Of a stretch of DNA of 54,675 nucleotides, positions 17,892 through 28,010 are shown in pieces; the stretch's first letter is position 1, and every line of letters starts with the position of its first letter. The DNA is taken from assembly GCA_902496375.1 (NCBI GenBank), contig CABVAS010000001.1, positions 1 through 54,675 on the forward strand. Reading direction: 5' to 3'. The notes beneath the pieces are model-generated. The model made no database searches and was not told the origin of the DNA. It saw only the letters and a program-made list of their open reading frames with translations. The translations under genes were made by a program, and so were the position numbers. Source of the DNA: an uncultured Collinsella sp. GTDB lineage: Bacteria > Actinomycetota > Coriobacteriia > Coriobacteriales > Coriobacteriaceae.

Positions 17892-19043
17892 CTACCACAG
17901 CAGCGTATCCTTTCCAGCCAGACGCAGTACGGCCTCGAGGAAGTAGTAATCGCCATAGACCATGGGAACGTGACGGTCCTTCTCGGAGAAGTACGCACCG
18001 GAGCACATCGTGACGACACCGTCATGCTCGATGTTCCAGTCGCAGAAACGCTCATCGGTGGCACGCAGGACCTTGATAGCCCAGGTGACCCACTCGTCAC
18101 GCTCGGTGCCCTCACAGGCGCGGGCGATCTCGAGCATGCCGCATGCGGCGATGCAACCGGCGAGAGCGTCCCACCAGTCGACATCGGCAGGTTGACGAAA
18201 GTCGAGTTTGGCCACGTTGCCGGTGAGGGAAACCTGACTCGTAAAGTAGTTGGCGACGCGCTTGGCGGTGTCGAGATAGCGCTGCTCGCCGGTATGACGA
18301 TAAGAAAGGGCAAAGCCGTAGACCGCCCATGCCTGGCCGCGGCTCCAGCTCGAACCCGAGGCGCAGCCCTGACCGGCCGGCGTCTCGAGCAGATCGCCGT
18401 TATGAGGATCGAGCACGATGATATGGTTGCACGAACCGTCACCACGAACCGTATTGTTCATGACGGTGTCGGCGTGGTCCTCGGCGACATAGGTGAAGCG
18501 GGGATCGCCCAGCGTGTCGCTTGCCCAGTACAGCAGTGGGATGTTCATCATGGAATCGACGATCACCCAGCCGGCGCGGTCGCGGTTCCACGAGCGGATG
18601 AACTTACCACGGGGGTTATAACGGCCGGCCAGCAGATGGGCCGCATGCAGGCCGCGCGCCTGGCTGCGCTCGTTGCCCGTCAGACGATAGTCGGCGACGG
18701 CCGAAAGCAGCCACATGAACCCGACGTCGTGGTGAAGGCCCGTGTAGCGGTCGAATGCCCCATCGAGCTTGTCCTCGACCTCGCGCGCGGCCTGCAGGAA
18801 CTTCTCGTCCTGCGTAGCGCCGTAGCACTGCCACAGGATGCCGGGCCAGAAGCCGTTGGTCCACCAGATCAGGTCCTCGGGGGTGGCGGCCATATCCTTC
18901 TTATAGGTGCCGTCCTCGGCGATATAGGGGATCTTACCGCCAATGCGATCGCGCTCGGCACCAAAGCGCTCGATCAGCTTCGCGAGTGTGTCATCAACCC
19001 AACGCGCGTCCTCATCACTCATCTCATATGCAAGCTGCAACAT
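17892..19043 (-). CDS. ugl: GH88 unsaturated glucuronyl hydrolase
   Basis: WTNGFWPG, HHDVGF, IVDSMMN, WSRGQAW, YGDYYFLEA. Confidence 0.9.
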   Translation of the reverse strand: MLQLAYEMSDEDARWVDDTLAKLIERFGAERDRIGGKIPYIAEDGTYKKDMAATPEDLIWWTNGFWPGILWQCYGATQDEKFLQAAREVEDKLDGAFDRYTGLHHDVGFMWLLSAVADYRLTGNERSQARGLHAAHLLAGRYNPRGKFIRSWNRDRAGWVIVDSMMNIPLLYWASDTLGDPRFTYVAEDHADTVMNNTVRGDGSCNHIIVLDPHNGDLLETPAGQGCASGSSWSRGQAWAVYGFALSYRHTGEQRYLDTAKRVANYFTSQVSLTGNVAKLDFRQPADVDWWDALAGCIAACGMLEIARACEGTERDEWVTWAIKVLRATDERFCDWNIEHDGVVTMCSGAYFSEKDRHVPMVYGDYYFLEAVLRLAGKDTLLW

Positions 19044-19680
19044 CAATGGCACCTTCCAGTCGCTCTTCTTCAACATCAAGGTCGTGTGCTGCACGCTCGC
19101 GCATCATACGGGCCCTCCGATCATCCCCGTCGGCGCGATATGCGCATGAAAGCAGGTATTCCAAATGTCCCCGCGTCTTCCGGGCCGGCGTTCGCTCAAG
19201 TGCCGATAAACGACTTTCGAGAACTGAGCGATACCTGCCCTTTTCGCACATGACCGTGTCGTAATAGATTCGATATCCTTCGGAATTTTCGGGGGAGATT
19301 GACTCGATCTCCTCCACCAATCGTTTACAGCCCTTTTTGTCGTCAAGCTCGGCGAGCATCACAAACGCCGTCGTTGCAACTTGATAGCGCTGACTATCCG
19401 AAATCTTGAGCTTCATGAGCTCGTTGACTGCGGAGCGAATCTCCTCGCGGTTTCCCGTGCTCCCGGCAAGCTCAAGCTGAAGCCTGCATTTGGCGAACGG
19501 CGAGATCAACATCCTTGACAGGTTTGACGACATGCACGATTTAAAGCCCTCCGCATCTCCCGCTTTGGCAAGTGTTATCAGTCGGTTGTAACGACTCGAT
19601 CTCGCCTTAAGCATCAAACACCAGCAAGCTGCAGCTGCGACCGCAATCAAGCACAACGAAACGATTAGCCTGTCCATCAT
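19024..19680 (-). CDS. Membrane-anchored helical (TPR-like) hypothetical protein
   Basis: N-terminal TM helix and helical body; overlaps the GH88 start. Confidence 0.65.
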   Translation of the reverse strand: MMDRLIVSLCLIAVAAAACWCLMLKARSSRYNRLITLAKAGDAEGFKSCMSSNLSRMLISPFAKCRLQLELAGSTGNREEIRSAVNELMKLKISDSQRYQVATTAFVMLAELDDKKGCKRLVEEIESISPENSEGYRIYYDTVMCEKGRYRSVLESRLSALERTPARKTRGHLEYLLSCAYRADGDDRRARMMRERAAHDLDVEEERLEGAIDVAACI

Positions 19681-19756
19681 TGCCCCTTTAATAAAATGTG
19701 GGGCACGCGCGCCTGCGCCCACGTGTCCCACCGTAAGACGGAATGATCCGTCACTG

Positions 19757-20620
19757 TTATCCGCAAACGCCCAATGCGGTCAGGATGATGGCTACCACAA
19801 AGATGAGAAGCATCACGAGCATCGGGCGGTTCTTCTTCCGCAGATAGAAGAAGATGCCGAGGGTCAGGCTCAACGGAAGGATGCCGGGCATGATCTGATT
19901 CAGCACACTTTGGAGATCGAACGTGACACCGCTACCCATATCAAGCACGAGAGACGTCTTGAAGCTCACAAACGATGCGGTCATAGCACCGACCATCAGC
20001 ATACCAAGGACGTTCAAACCCTTAGTAAAGGAAGCAATCATGCCACTCTCAAGTGCCTCAGCAACGAAGTTTGAACCAAGCTTCATGCCCAACGTTCCGG
20101 TAAACCATTGAATCAGCAAGTTGGGGATGTTATAGACGAGCAGGAACAAAATCGGCCCCAGCCAAAGGCCCTGCTGGGAAAAACCGAGCGCGATGCCGGT
20201 TGCGAGAATACGAAGAACTCCAACTGCGATTGAGTCACCAATGCCGGCAAATGGCCCCATGAGGGCAACTTTGAGGGACTCAATCGAGTTGTCGTCAAAC
20301 TCCTTGCCCGCATCGATGGCAGCCTTGCGCTCGTACTCCATCGTCACCACGAGGGCGAGGATGAAGGGATTCACCATCGGCGTCGTGTTAAAGAAGTTAG
20401 AATGACGCTTCATCGCCTCATAGAACTCGTCGGTCTCTTTACCATAGATATCCTCGAGAAACGGCATCATGACTCGAGCAAACGTGGTACCTTCAAGCTT
20501 GGTGTAGGAGTTCACGAAGAGCAGCCACCAGTTGCGGGTAATAATGCGCGCCAGCGTCTTTTTCTGGGCCTTCTCGTCCAGTACGGGGGCGGCTCCCGTA
20601 GTAACAGCAACGTTAGTCAT
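19757..20620 (-). CDS. PTS mannose/fructose/sorbose family EIID
   Basis: RHSNFFNT, LKVALMGPFAGIGDS, LNQIMPGILPL. Confidence 0.93.
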   Translation of the reverse strand: MTNVAVTTGAAPVLDEKAQKKTLARIITRNWWLLFVNSYTKLEGTTFARVMMPFLEDIYGKETDEFYEAMKRHSNFFNTTPMVNPFILALVVTMEYERKAAIDAGKEFDDNSIESLKVALMGPFAGIGDSIAVGVLRILATGIALGFSQQGLWLGPILFLLVYNIPNLLIQWFTGTLGMKLGSNFVAEALESGMIASFTKGLNVLGMLMVGAMTASFVSFKTSLVLDMGSGVTFDLQSVLNQIMPGILPLSLTLGIFFYLRKKNRPMLVMLLIFVVAIILTALGVCG

Positions 20621-21515
20621 TGAAGAAATCCTCATCCTCGTCATCGGAAGCAGCATTCAAAACGGGAGCGGCCTGACGCTCCTTAATCTCTTTCAGGTCC
20701 TTGAAAATGATGATTGCAGCCACGGCAAAGCCAAAGAACGCGATCTCGACAAGGGTCATGACGGACGTGGGAGCAGTGGCAAGGGTAATCGCTTTGTCAG
20801 CGCCGAGCGTCGCCCCCGTAGTTGCGTTATATGTCAAAAACGCCATGAGGCCGAAGCCGATGAAATACCAAGGCATACTCTCCTTGGTGTACAGGGATTT
20901 GAGAAGGAGCGCAAGGCCCAGGGCGGGAACCATGCTGGCGGCGACAGACATACCGTTGGTAAACCAGGCGGGCAGCGCGTTTACAAACGCTCCGACCGCA
21001 TCGGCACCGGCGAGGATGCACACGAAACCAAGCAGGAACCAGCAGAGGTGATACACCGCGAACTGGGCCCACCACAGCGCTTTATAGGAAGCAAGCTTAT
21101 GCTGGTCGAGCAGCTCGTCGAACTTGGGGACGATTGCGCAGACGCCGACCTCCATGACGTTGAACAAAACCGAGCCAAGCATCGAAAGCGGGACGGCGAG
21201 CGTGATGGCCGTCGCGATATCCTGGCCGAGCACCATTGCGAATGCACCGCCGAACAACGATCCCAGGCAGTAATCGGAAGGCATGACGCCGCCCATGCTC
21301 ACGTTGCCGATGAATACCAGCTCGAGCTGGGCGGCAAGCAAAACGCCGGTAGTGGCTAGAGAGGAATCGCCTGTAACTAGCGACAACAAAAGACCTTCAA
21401 ACGCCACACAGAAAATGGGGCGGGAAAGCTGCGTCCAGCAGAACCAATCCAAGAACTTGAACAACGCGGTGCAGAAGCCCACAACCAACGCAGGACCCAA
21501 CAGATCCATGTTCAT
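20613..21515 (-). CDS. PTS mannose family EIIC
   Basis: SRPI, LELVFIG, GGVMP, MVPALGLALLL, acidic tail. Confidence 0.92.
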   Translation of the reverse strand: MNMDLLGPALVVGFCTALFKFLDWFCWTQLSRPIFCVAFEGLLLSLVTGDSSLATTGVLLAAQLELVFIGNVSMGGVMPSDYCLGSLFGGAFAMVLGQDIATAITLAVPLSMLGSVLFNVMEVGVCAIVPKFDELLDQHKLASYKALWWAQFAVYHLCWFLLGFVCILAGADAVGAFVNALPAWFTNGMSVAASMVPALGLALLLKSLYTKESMPWYFIGFGLMAFLTYNATTGATLGADKAITLATAPTSVMTLVEIAFFGFAVAAIIIFKDLKEIKERQAAPVLNAASDDEDEDFFND

Positions 21516-21585
21516 ACCTGCCTTTCTCTTTTCTCATATCAGAGCTATCGCATGCGTCATCCAGACGCGAATGCACATCTTTCGA

Positions 21586-22074
21586 TCAGCAGCCCATCAT
21601 GGGCAGAAACTCCTTACGGGGATCACCCGGAAGCGCCTGATGGATAATCTCGACGCCCAAGTCGGCGATCTCTTGGATAACTTTCTTGTCATCTTCAGTG
21701 AGGTATACCGAATCGGAAAGTTTTTGCTTATCGGCTAGGTTTCCGCCGATGCGGCCGAAATTCGCGATATCAAGCACGGGACGCTCTTCGATCTTTCGAT
21801 AAACCGCAAGCAAATCGCGAGGATCGTTGGAAAGCAGAAGGATCCGCATATCCTTCGAACGGGGGTCGGACACAAGACCGGCCGCCTTATCGGTTGAAAC
21901 GACGGCAGCCTTGACCCCGTCGGGGGCAGCCGCCTTAAGAGCAGCAACTTGAAGCTTGTTGGCCGCCACGACATCGGAAGCCACGATGATGCGGCTGATG
22001 TTGAGCTCCTTGCTCCACTTGACGGCAACTTGCCCGTGGATGAGACGGTCGTCGACGCGTGCCATGGTGATCAT
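21586..22074 (-). CDS. PTS mannose family EIIB
   Basis: RVDDRLIHGQV. Confidence 0.95.
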   Translation of the reverse strand: MITMARVDDRLIHGQVAVKWSKELNISRIIVASDVVAANKLQVAALKAAAPDGVKAAVVSTDKAAGLVSDPRSKDMRILLLSNDPRDLLAVYRKIEERPVLDIANFGRIGGNLADKQKLSDSVYLTEDDKKVIQEIADLGVEIIHQALPGDPRKEFLPMMGC

Positions 22075-22126
22075 GTCGGTACTCCTTTACCTTTGATCCT
22101 TGTTTCCGTGATACATGAGCCTCTTC

Positions 22127-22558
22127 TTAGAAGAAATCGTCCTCGCCGTTATCGACGGGAGCGTCGGCCTTGATGAGCTCGACGACCTTGGTGCCCTCGC
22201 GGGCATCCGCGACCGCCTGGTCAATCTGGGCCTGGCTCAGCTCGCCGGGCATGGCCAGGATCGACAGCACCAGACCCATCGAGAGGCCCGAGAGCAGGAC
22301 GACGTTATCGAACTGGGAAAGCTGCTCGAGGCTCTGGTTGCACACGCTGCCGCCGAAGATATCGGCGATGACGATGAACTGATCGTCGGGATCGGCGGCG
22401 ACACGGTCACGCAAGCCGCCGATAAGCTCGACGACGTTGCCGTCGGGAGCGAGCCCCAAATACGAAAGTTCCTCATTCTTGCCAAACACCATCGAGACGG
22501 CGTCGGCGACGCCGGCGGACAGCTTGCCATGCGAGATCAATACGACTTGCTTGCTCAT
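22127..22558 (-). CDS. PTS mannose family EIIA
   Basis: LISHG, ADIFGGSV. Confidence 0.92.
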   Translation of the reverse strand: MSKQVVLISHGKLSAGVADAVSMVFGKNEELSYLGLAPDGNVVELIGGLRDRVAADPDDQFIVIADIFGGSVCNQSLEQLSQFDNVVLLSGLSMGLVLSILAMPGELSQAQIDQAVADAREGTKVVELIKADAPVDNGEDDFF

Positions 22559-22582
22559 CTGACTCCCTTGGTTACTTGTTTA

Positions 22583-22608
22583 GCAAACTGGTTTACTAAC
22601 CGATTTAC
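22583..22608. promoter_or_regulatory. Putative RegR-type operators before the PTS operon
   Basis: GCAAACTGGTTTAC and TAACCGATTTAC; similar sites at 24572-24595, 24657-24670, 25780-25793 and 25859-25872. Confidence 0.6.
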
Positions 22609-22711
22609 ATTGTACAGAAGAAGAGTTTAGAATGCATTGCTTTCTTTTTTATTCAGTTGAAATTACCGTTCGCGGCAGAATATCTACCGTTTGCCGGCAT
22701 CCTCATAGCAT

Positions 22712-24526
22712 CTAGCTAAGTTTTCCCGGGTTCCCATATACAAGGCATCCCAAATGAAAGGAGTGCGCGGCTTTTTTGGTCTTGAGTGCCGGGACGGCAT
22801 TCTGCTCCCAGCTATAAATATTGGTCGCCGGATTCTGGCGCACGGCAACGGCCTCGCGCTCAACCCAATCAGAGGCAAAATCCTTAACAAGGCTACCGAG
22901 ACCAACCCGTTTGAGCTTGCGTTCGATTACTTCGCGACATGACGAGATATCTTCGATGCCGGCTTCCTGTCCATAGTTATCGGCTTCGCCGGGCGACGCC
23001 AAAAGACTGCGCTTAAGCTTGATCGAACCCGGCTCACGCTCAGCGCAATCGAACTTGGAGCTCCACCCAAACACAGGGAAACCGCCCTCGTAGGTCTCCA
23101 GCGGGAGTGACGACTCAACGTGGTGGATTCGAATATGCCTAAACTCGTCTACAGGGACCAGCCACGTCTCCACATGCGCAACCGTACCATAGCCCCACAG
23201 ACTATAGATGTATCCACCATGGACCTCATGGCCCTCGATGCGCCCACGGCTGGCAAATTGATCGGTACCCGCAATCGACAATGCAAGGGCGCTATCGACG
23301 GCAAAATTTCCGATTCCGGTTCCATCGACCGAGGCGTTCCATCCAAACGCCGTCGAATAACACAGCTTGCCGTATTTAGAATAACGGCCCATGATCCCCG
23401 AGGCGCAATACTGTTTTGCTGAGAGCATATAAGTGTGGTGTGCGCCCGACTCGATTAGAACAGCGGGTTCCTCCTCAACATGCAGCTTTTCCAATTTTGG
23501 GGCGCAGGGCTCAATTTGCCAAAAAGAATCATCCTCTGGCAGCGCCAGGACCAGGAAAGCCCTAAACGCCCAAAAAGAAGCACCGGGGCTCGAGTAATCC
23601 TCGCGCACGGGCGCGCCTGGATAGCGATATCCAATCGACGACAGACAGCGATCGCCAGCATGATCATGCCACCAGGACAGATGGCGCAAAAGGAGGTCCT
23701 TGGCCTCGGAAGCCGGAGCCACCTCATCTCCCATCAGCGCCGCGGCACTCCAAAACGAAGCCTGCGCAAAACGATACGTAAGGCTACGGCCAAACGGTAA
23801 GGCTCGACCCTGTGCGTCGAACCAATAACGATATTCTTTCGCAAAAGCCTTCGAACGCTCGATACAGCCCTCAAGCGGATTCGAAGTCGCATAGCATTCG
23901 AGCAGCAGCGAAATCAGATGAAACGCAGATCCAACGTAGCTATCGAGTTGAAACGGCGTGCCATCCTCGTACCAACCATTCCCGACATACATGTTCTCGA
24001 CCGCAGCCGCATCCGCGGCGAGGCGATTGGCATCATAGGTCAGTCCGCATTTACGCAGACCGCAGTTGATAAGTACACGGGTAAGATACCAGCTTCCCCA
24101 GGGCAGTTCGACAGTGTTTGCCACGTTGAGCCACTCGACCAGCCGCTTCTGTTGCTCGGCAGTAAAACAATTGAGTAGGTCTTCGCCCAGGCAAAGAAGG
24201 CCATAGCCGTAAACGACCTGCTCAAAAACAATCTGACGCGTCTCGAGCGTAGGGTCCTCAAACGCATCGGGATCGTCCGGCGTCAGGCCTTTTGCAATGT
24301 AGTCAAAATAGAAGCTCACGCGAGGGTCTTTTGGCGACATGCCACCTTTGACCAGTGAAAACACCGCCCACAGGGGGCGAGAGCCCCACTCAAAACCGCG
24401 AATCGACGCACGAAAGGAGGCGCCGACGTTCTCGGGACACGAAAACGGATCGGGCAGCAAATCGCAAGCCCACGAAACGAGATCTTGCCTCGTCGATAGC
24501 GAATAGTGCTGCGAATCCATCTTCAT
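22712..24526 (-). CDS. Second, divergent DUF2264 protein
   Basis: GWYEDG, FGRSLTYRFAQ, EDYSSPGASFW, KYGKLCYST. Confidence 0.8.
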   Translation of the reverse strand: MKMDSQHYSLSTRQDLVSWACDLLPDPFSCPENVGASFRASIRGFEWGSRPLWAVFSLVKGGMSPKDPRVSFYFDYIAKGLTPDDPDAFEDPTLETRQIVFEQVVYGYGLLCLGEDLLNCFTAEQQKRLVEWLNVANTVELPWGSWYLTRVLINCGLRKCGLTYDANRLAADAAAVENMYVGNGWYEDGTPFQLDSYVGSAFHLISLLLECYATSNPLEGCIERSKAFAKEYRYWFDAQGRALPFGRSLTYRFAQASFWSAAALMGDEVAPASEAKDLLLRHLSWWHDHAGDRCLSSIGYRYPGAPVREDYSSPGASFWAFRAFLVLALPEDDSFWQIEPCAPKLEKLHVEEEPAVLIESGAHHTYMLSAKQYCASGIMGRYSKYGKLCYSTAFGWNASVDGTGIGNFAVDSALALSIAGTDQFASRGRIEGHEVHGGYIYSLWGYGTVAHVETWLVPVDEFRHIRIHHVESSLPLETYEGGFPVFGWSSKFDCAEREPGSIKLKRSLLASPGEADNYGQEAGIEDISSCREVIERKLKRVGLGSLVKDFASDWVEREAVAVRQNPATNIYSWEQNAVPALKTKKAAHSFHLGCLVYGNPGKLS

Positions 24527-24711
24527 AACTCCCCCTGTTCTGCAGTCTTTCATATCATATCCGCAAGAAAGGCAAACGGTTACGTAAACCGATTATTCAG
24601 CTGCCAATGTACGAAAACCACTGGTACACCCACTCATATGTTATCGATGAACGATGGTAAACTGATTTACAATCATCGTATTCATAGACTCCCGTAGAAA
24701 GAAGCCGCCCT

Positions 24712-25734
24712 ATGGCCAGTCAAAACAATGCAAAGAAACGCGTGACGATCAAAGAGATCGCAGCCATGGCCGGCACGTCCAAGACGACGGTTTCGTTCTA
24801 TCTCAACGGCAAGACCGATCGCATGAGCGATGAGACACAGGCGCGCATTCGCAAAGCCATCCACGATACCGGCTACGAGCCGAGTCCCCTTGCCCGTGGC
24901 ATGAACGCCAAGAGCAGCCAGATGATCGGCGTCATCATCGGCGACATCACCAATACCTTTGCAAACCAGCTGGTCAAGGGCATCGACACCGTTGCCAGCG
25001 CCGAGGGCTACCGCATGCTGGTATGCGCCTCTAACTTTGATAAACAGGGCGAGCTCGCATATATTGACCGCCTTATCGCACTTGGCGTGGACGGCTTTAT
25101 CGTGCAGCCGACTGCCCGCTTTAAGGAGATTAGCAAATCCATCAGCGAGAGCGGCAAGCCCCTGGTCTTTATCGACTCAAAGCTCTACGACTTTAGTTCC
25201 AACTGGGTCAAGACCGACAACTATGAGGCCTCGTATCGCGCCGTCGAAGCCTGTATCGAGAAGGGATATAAGCGCTTTTTGGTCGTTACCGCCACGCCGG
25301 GGCTCATCTCCAGCCGCATTGAGCGCTTTAGCGGTTTTGTCGATGCGCTCGAGGCGTACGATTTGGGATTCACGCAGTTCTTGATCGAAAACGATCAGGT
25401 CGATACCGGAAAACTCGAAAGCTTCCTCGCGGCGAACATCGATGGAACGACGCCAACGCTCATCTTCGCCCCCAACTGCTGGGCTCTGCCCGACATCTAT
25501 AAATGTTGCAAGGCTTATTACCCCCTCATGCCCAACATTGTGGGGCTTTTGGGCTTCGACAACACCGAATGGGTCAACGTCGCTTCTCCCTCGGTCTCGG
25601 TCGTCGAGCAGCCTGCACGTGAGGAAGGCCAGACCGCCGCGCGCATCCTGCTCGATTTGATTGCCGAAAAAGAGCAGGTAGAGACGCACCAAGTGCTTGA
25701 TTGCTCTATCAACTGGAATGAGAGCACGCTGTAG
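24712..25734 (+). CDS. regR: LacI-family regulator, RegR-like
   Basis: TSKTTVSFYLNGK, VDGFIVQPT, WVKTDNY, PNCWALP, GFDNTEW and VLDCSINWNEST resemble streptococcal RegR. Confidence 0.8.
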   Translation: MASQNNAKKRVTIKEIAAMAGTSKTTVSFYLNGKTDRMSDETQARIRKAIHDTGYEPSPLARGMNAKSSQMIGVIIGDITNTFANQLVKGIDTVASAEGYRMLVCASNFDKQGELAYIDRLIALGVDGFIVQPTARFKEISKSISESGKPLVFIDSKLYDFSSNWVKTDNYEASYRAVEACIEKGYKRFLVVTATPGLISSRIERFSGFVDALEAYDLGFTQFLIENDQVDTGKLESFLAANIDGTTPTLIFAPNCWALPDIYKCCKAYYPLMPNIVGLLGFDNTEWVNVASPSVSVVEQPAREEGQTAARILLDLIAEKEQVETHQVLDCSINWNESTL

Positions 25735-25918
25735 GAACAAGCTGTTTCCCTCTTGACCAAAGGCATCGTGTCCTCAATTGAAAACCAATTTACTTAGATT
25801 CACAATTTATTGTTCACTGATTTAGCACGTAAAGTGATGAATTCAAGACCATCGTTGACAAAACCGGTTTACTAGCCGACACTTGCCTTGTCAGTCATTC
25901 CACAACGATTGGAGCAAG

Positions 25919-26752
25919 ATGGCCGATAAGAATTCTGACAACTTTACGTTTGGCATGGACAGCTTCCGCCTGGATGGCAAGGTCGCGCTCGTAACCGGCG
26001 CCACCTACGGCATTGGTATGGCCATTGCCGAGGCGCTCGGCGAGGCCGGCGCCAAGATCGCCTTTAACGCGCGTCACGCCGACAAGGTCGCCGAGGCCGA
26101 GAAGCACTACCGCGAGCTGGGCTTTGAGGCTCACGGATACGTGGCCGACGTCACCGACGAGGCCGTCGTCGCCGAGCTCGTCGCCAAGATCGAGGCCGAT
26201 TTTGGCACCACGCCCGACATCCTGGTCAACAACGCCGGTGTTATCCAGCGCACCCCCATGCTCGACATGAGTGCCGAGGACTTCCGTCGCGTCGTCGACA
26301 TCGACCTTAACGCCCCGTTCATCGTGTCAAAGGCCTGCCTGCCCGGCATGATTGCCAAGGGTCACGGCAAGATCATCAACATCTGCTCGATGATGAGCGA
26401 GCTCGGCCGCGAGACCATCGCTGGCTACGCCGCTGCCAAGGGCGGTCTGAAGATGCTCACCAAGAACATCTGCTCCGAGTTTGGCGAGGCCAACATCCAG
26501 TGCAACGGCATTGGGCCTGGCTATATCGCAACGCCGCAGACCGCGCCGCTGCGCGAGACGCAGCCCGACGGCAGCCGTCACCCGTTTGACCAGTTCATCA
26601 TCGCCAAGACCCCGGCCGCCCGTTGGGGTACGCCCGAGGATCTGAAGGGCCCCGCCGTGTTCTTGGCCTCCGATGCCTCGAACTTCGTCAACGGCCACAT
26701 CCTCTACGTCGACGGCGGCATTCTGGCATACATCGGCAAACAACCTGCTTAG
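25919..26752 (+). CDS. dhuD: 2-keto-3-deoxygluconate dehydrogenase (DhuD / gluconate 5-dehydrogenase-like SDR)
   Basis: TGATYGIG, NICSMMSELGRET, YAAAKGGLKML, C-terminal YIGKQP. Confidence 0.85.
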   Translation: MADKNSDNFTFGMDSFRLDGKVALVTGATYGIGMAIAEALGEAGAKIAFNARHADKVAEAEKHYRELGFEAHGYVADVTDEAVVAELVAKIEADFGTTPDILVNNAGVIQRTPMLDMSAEDFRRVVDIDLNAPFIVSKACLPGMIAKGHGKIINICSMMSELGRETIAGYAAAKGGLKMLTKNICSEFGEANIQCNGIGPGYIATPQTAPLRETQPDGSRHPFDQFIIAKTPAARWGTPEDLKGPAVFLASDASNFVNGHILYVDGGILAYIGKQPA

Positions 26753-26784
26753 GCGCTGCGCTCCCACATTTAGGTTCATTTAGT

Positions 26785-26851
26785 AGTTGCGGTGAAATAG
26801 GGATTGATTTTGACTTCTACCAGGCAAGACGGTCCGTATTTCACCGCAAGT
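26785..26851. repeat. 67-bp palindromic intergenic element, copy 3 (inverted relative to copy 1)
   Basis: AGTTGCGGTGAAATAGGGATTG...CCGTATTTCACCGCAAGT. Confidence 0.85.
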
Positions 26852-26875
26852 TAGAAATAGGAAAGGTATTTCGCA

Positions 26876-27517
26876 ATGAAGATCGCTCTCATCAACGAGA
26901 ATTCTCAGAACTCCAAGAACCCCATGATCGAGGCTGCCCTTAAGAAGGTCGTCGAGCCCATGGGCCACACCGTCTTTAACTACGGTATGTATGCCGATGC
27001 CGACTCCAAGCCGCTCACCTATGTTCAGAACGGCATCCTTGCCGCCGTGCTGCTCAACTCCGGCGCTGCCGACTATGTCGTGACCGGCTGCGGCACCGGC
27101 GAGGGCGCCATGCTCGCCTGCAACTCCTTCCCCGGTGTGCTCTGCGGCCATGTCGCCGACCCGCTGGATGCCTACACCTTCGCCCAGGTCAACGACGGTA
27201 ACGCCGTCGCCATGCCCTTCGCCCTCAAGAACGGCTGGGGCCAGGAGCTCAACCTCGAGTACACCTTCGAGAAGCTCTTTGGCTTCGGTTCCGGCAACGG
27301 CTATCCTGCCGAGCGTGTTGAGCCCGAGCAGCGCAACAAGAAGATCCTCGACGGCGTCCGCGCTGTGACCATGCGTCCGCTCGTCGACGTCCTGGGCGAG
27401 ATCGACCAGGATCTGGTCAAGGGCGCCCTGGCTGGCGAGCACTTCCAGGAGTACTTCTTCGCCAACGCCACCGACGAGGCAATCATCGCCAAGGTCAAGG
27501 AGCTCCTGGGGCTCTAA
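26876..27517 (+). CDS. dhuI: RpiB/LacA/LacB-family 4-deoxy-L-threo-5-hexosulose-uronate isomerase
   Basis: MKIALINENSQ, FNYGMY, TGCGTGEGAM, NSFPGV. Confidence 0.8.
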   Translation: MKIALINENSQNSKNPMIEAALKKVVEPMGHTVFNYGMYADADSKPLTYVQNGILAAVLLNSGAADYVVTGCGTGEGAMLACNSFPGVLCGHVADPLDAYTFAQVNDGNAVAMPFALKNGWGQELNLEYTFEKLFGFGSGNGYPAERVEPEQRNKKILDGVRAVTMRPLVDVLGEIDQDLVKGALAGEHFQEYFFANATDEAIIAKVKELLGL

Positions 27518-27542
27518 TCGCACGACCCATCGCAGCGAACGC

Positions 27543-27582
27543 AAGCGGCGGCCGCCCCAACACGGGACGGCCGCCGCTTTTT
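27543..27582 (+). terminator. Intrinsic terminator after dhuI
   Basis: AAGCGGCGGCCG/CGGCCGCCGCTT stem plus TTTTT. Confidence 0.8.
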
Positions 27583-27590
27583 GCTATCAA

Positions 27591-27623
27591 ATGGTGCAAT
27601 GGGGTCAGGTTATCTCACACCAT
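27591..27623. repeat. REP-like TGGTGCA-GGGGTCAGGTT element
   Basis: Matches the two units at 28541-28605. Confidence 0.65.
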
Positions 27624-27644
27624 GTTGGCTCAAAGAGAGCAAGA

Positions 27645-28010
27645 TTAGGATTCCTCGATAATCTGTCGGCATGCCGCTGCAAGAGCGGGAAACTCTGATG
27701 TCACCGCGTCCCAAACCACGGCGCGATCAACGTTGCCGTAATCATGGGCAAGATAGTTACGCATCCCGATGATACCGCGCCACTCAATCTCGGGGTGCAG
27801 TCGCTGCGCCTTCTCGGACAGCTTACCCGCCTCCTCCGTCACCCTAAGGGCACACATAAGGAGAGAATCGGCGAGCGTCCTGGCCTTGATGTCATCCGCG
27901 TGGAGGAACTCGTCTTCCGTCACACCGAACGCTTTGATTCTCTCGGTCGTCTCATCAATCGCCTCGAGAATCTCCTGGGCGCGCAACGCATCTGATTTAC
28001 GGGCGAACAT
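27645..28010 (-). CDS. HEPN (DUF86/HepT-like) RNase toxin
   Basis: PEIEWRGIIGMRNYLAHDY contains R-X4-H-X-Y; overlaps the upstream gene. Confidence 0.88.
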   Translation of the reverse strand: MFARKSDALRAQEILEAIDETTERIKAFGVTEDEFLHADDIKARTLADSLLMCALRVTEEAGKLSEKAQRLHPEIEWRGIIGMRNYLAHDYGNVDRAVVWDAVTSEFPALAAACRQIIEES

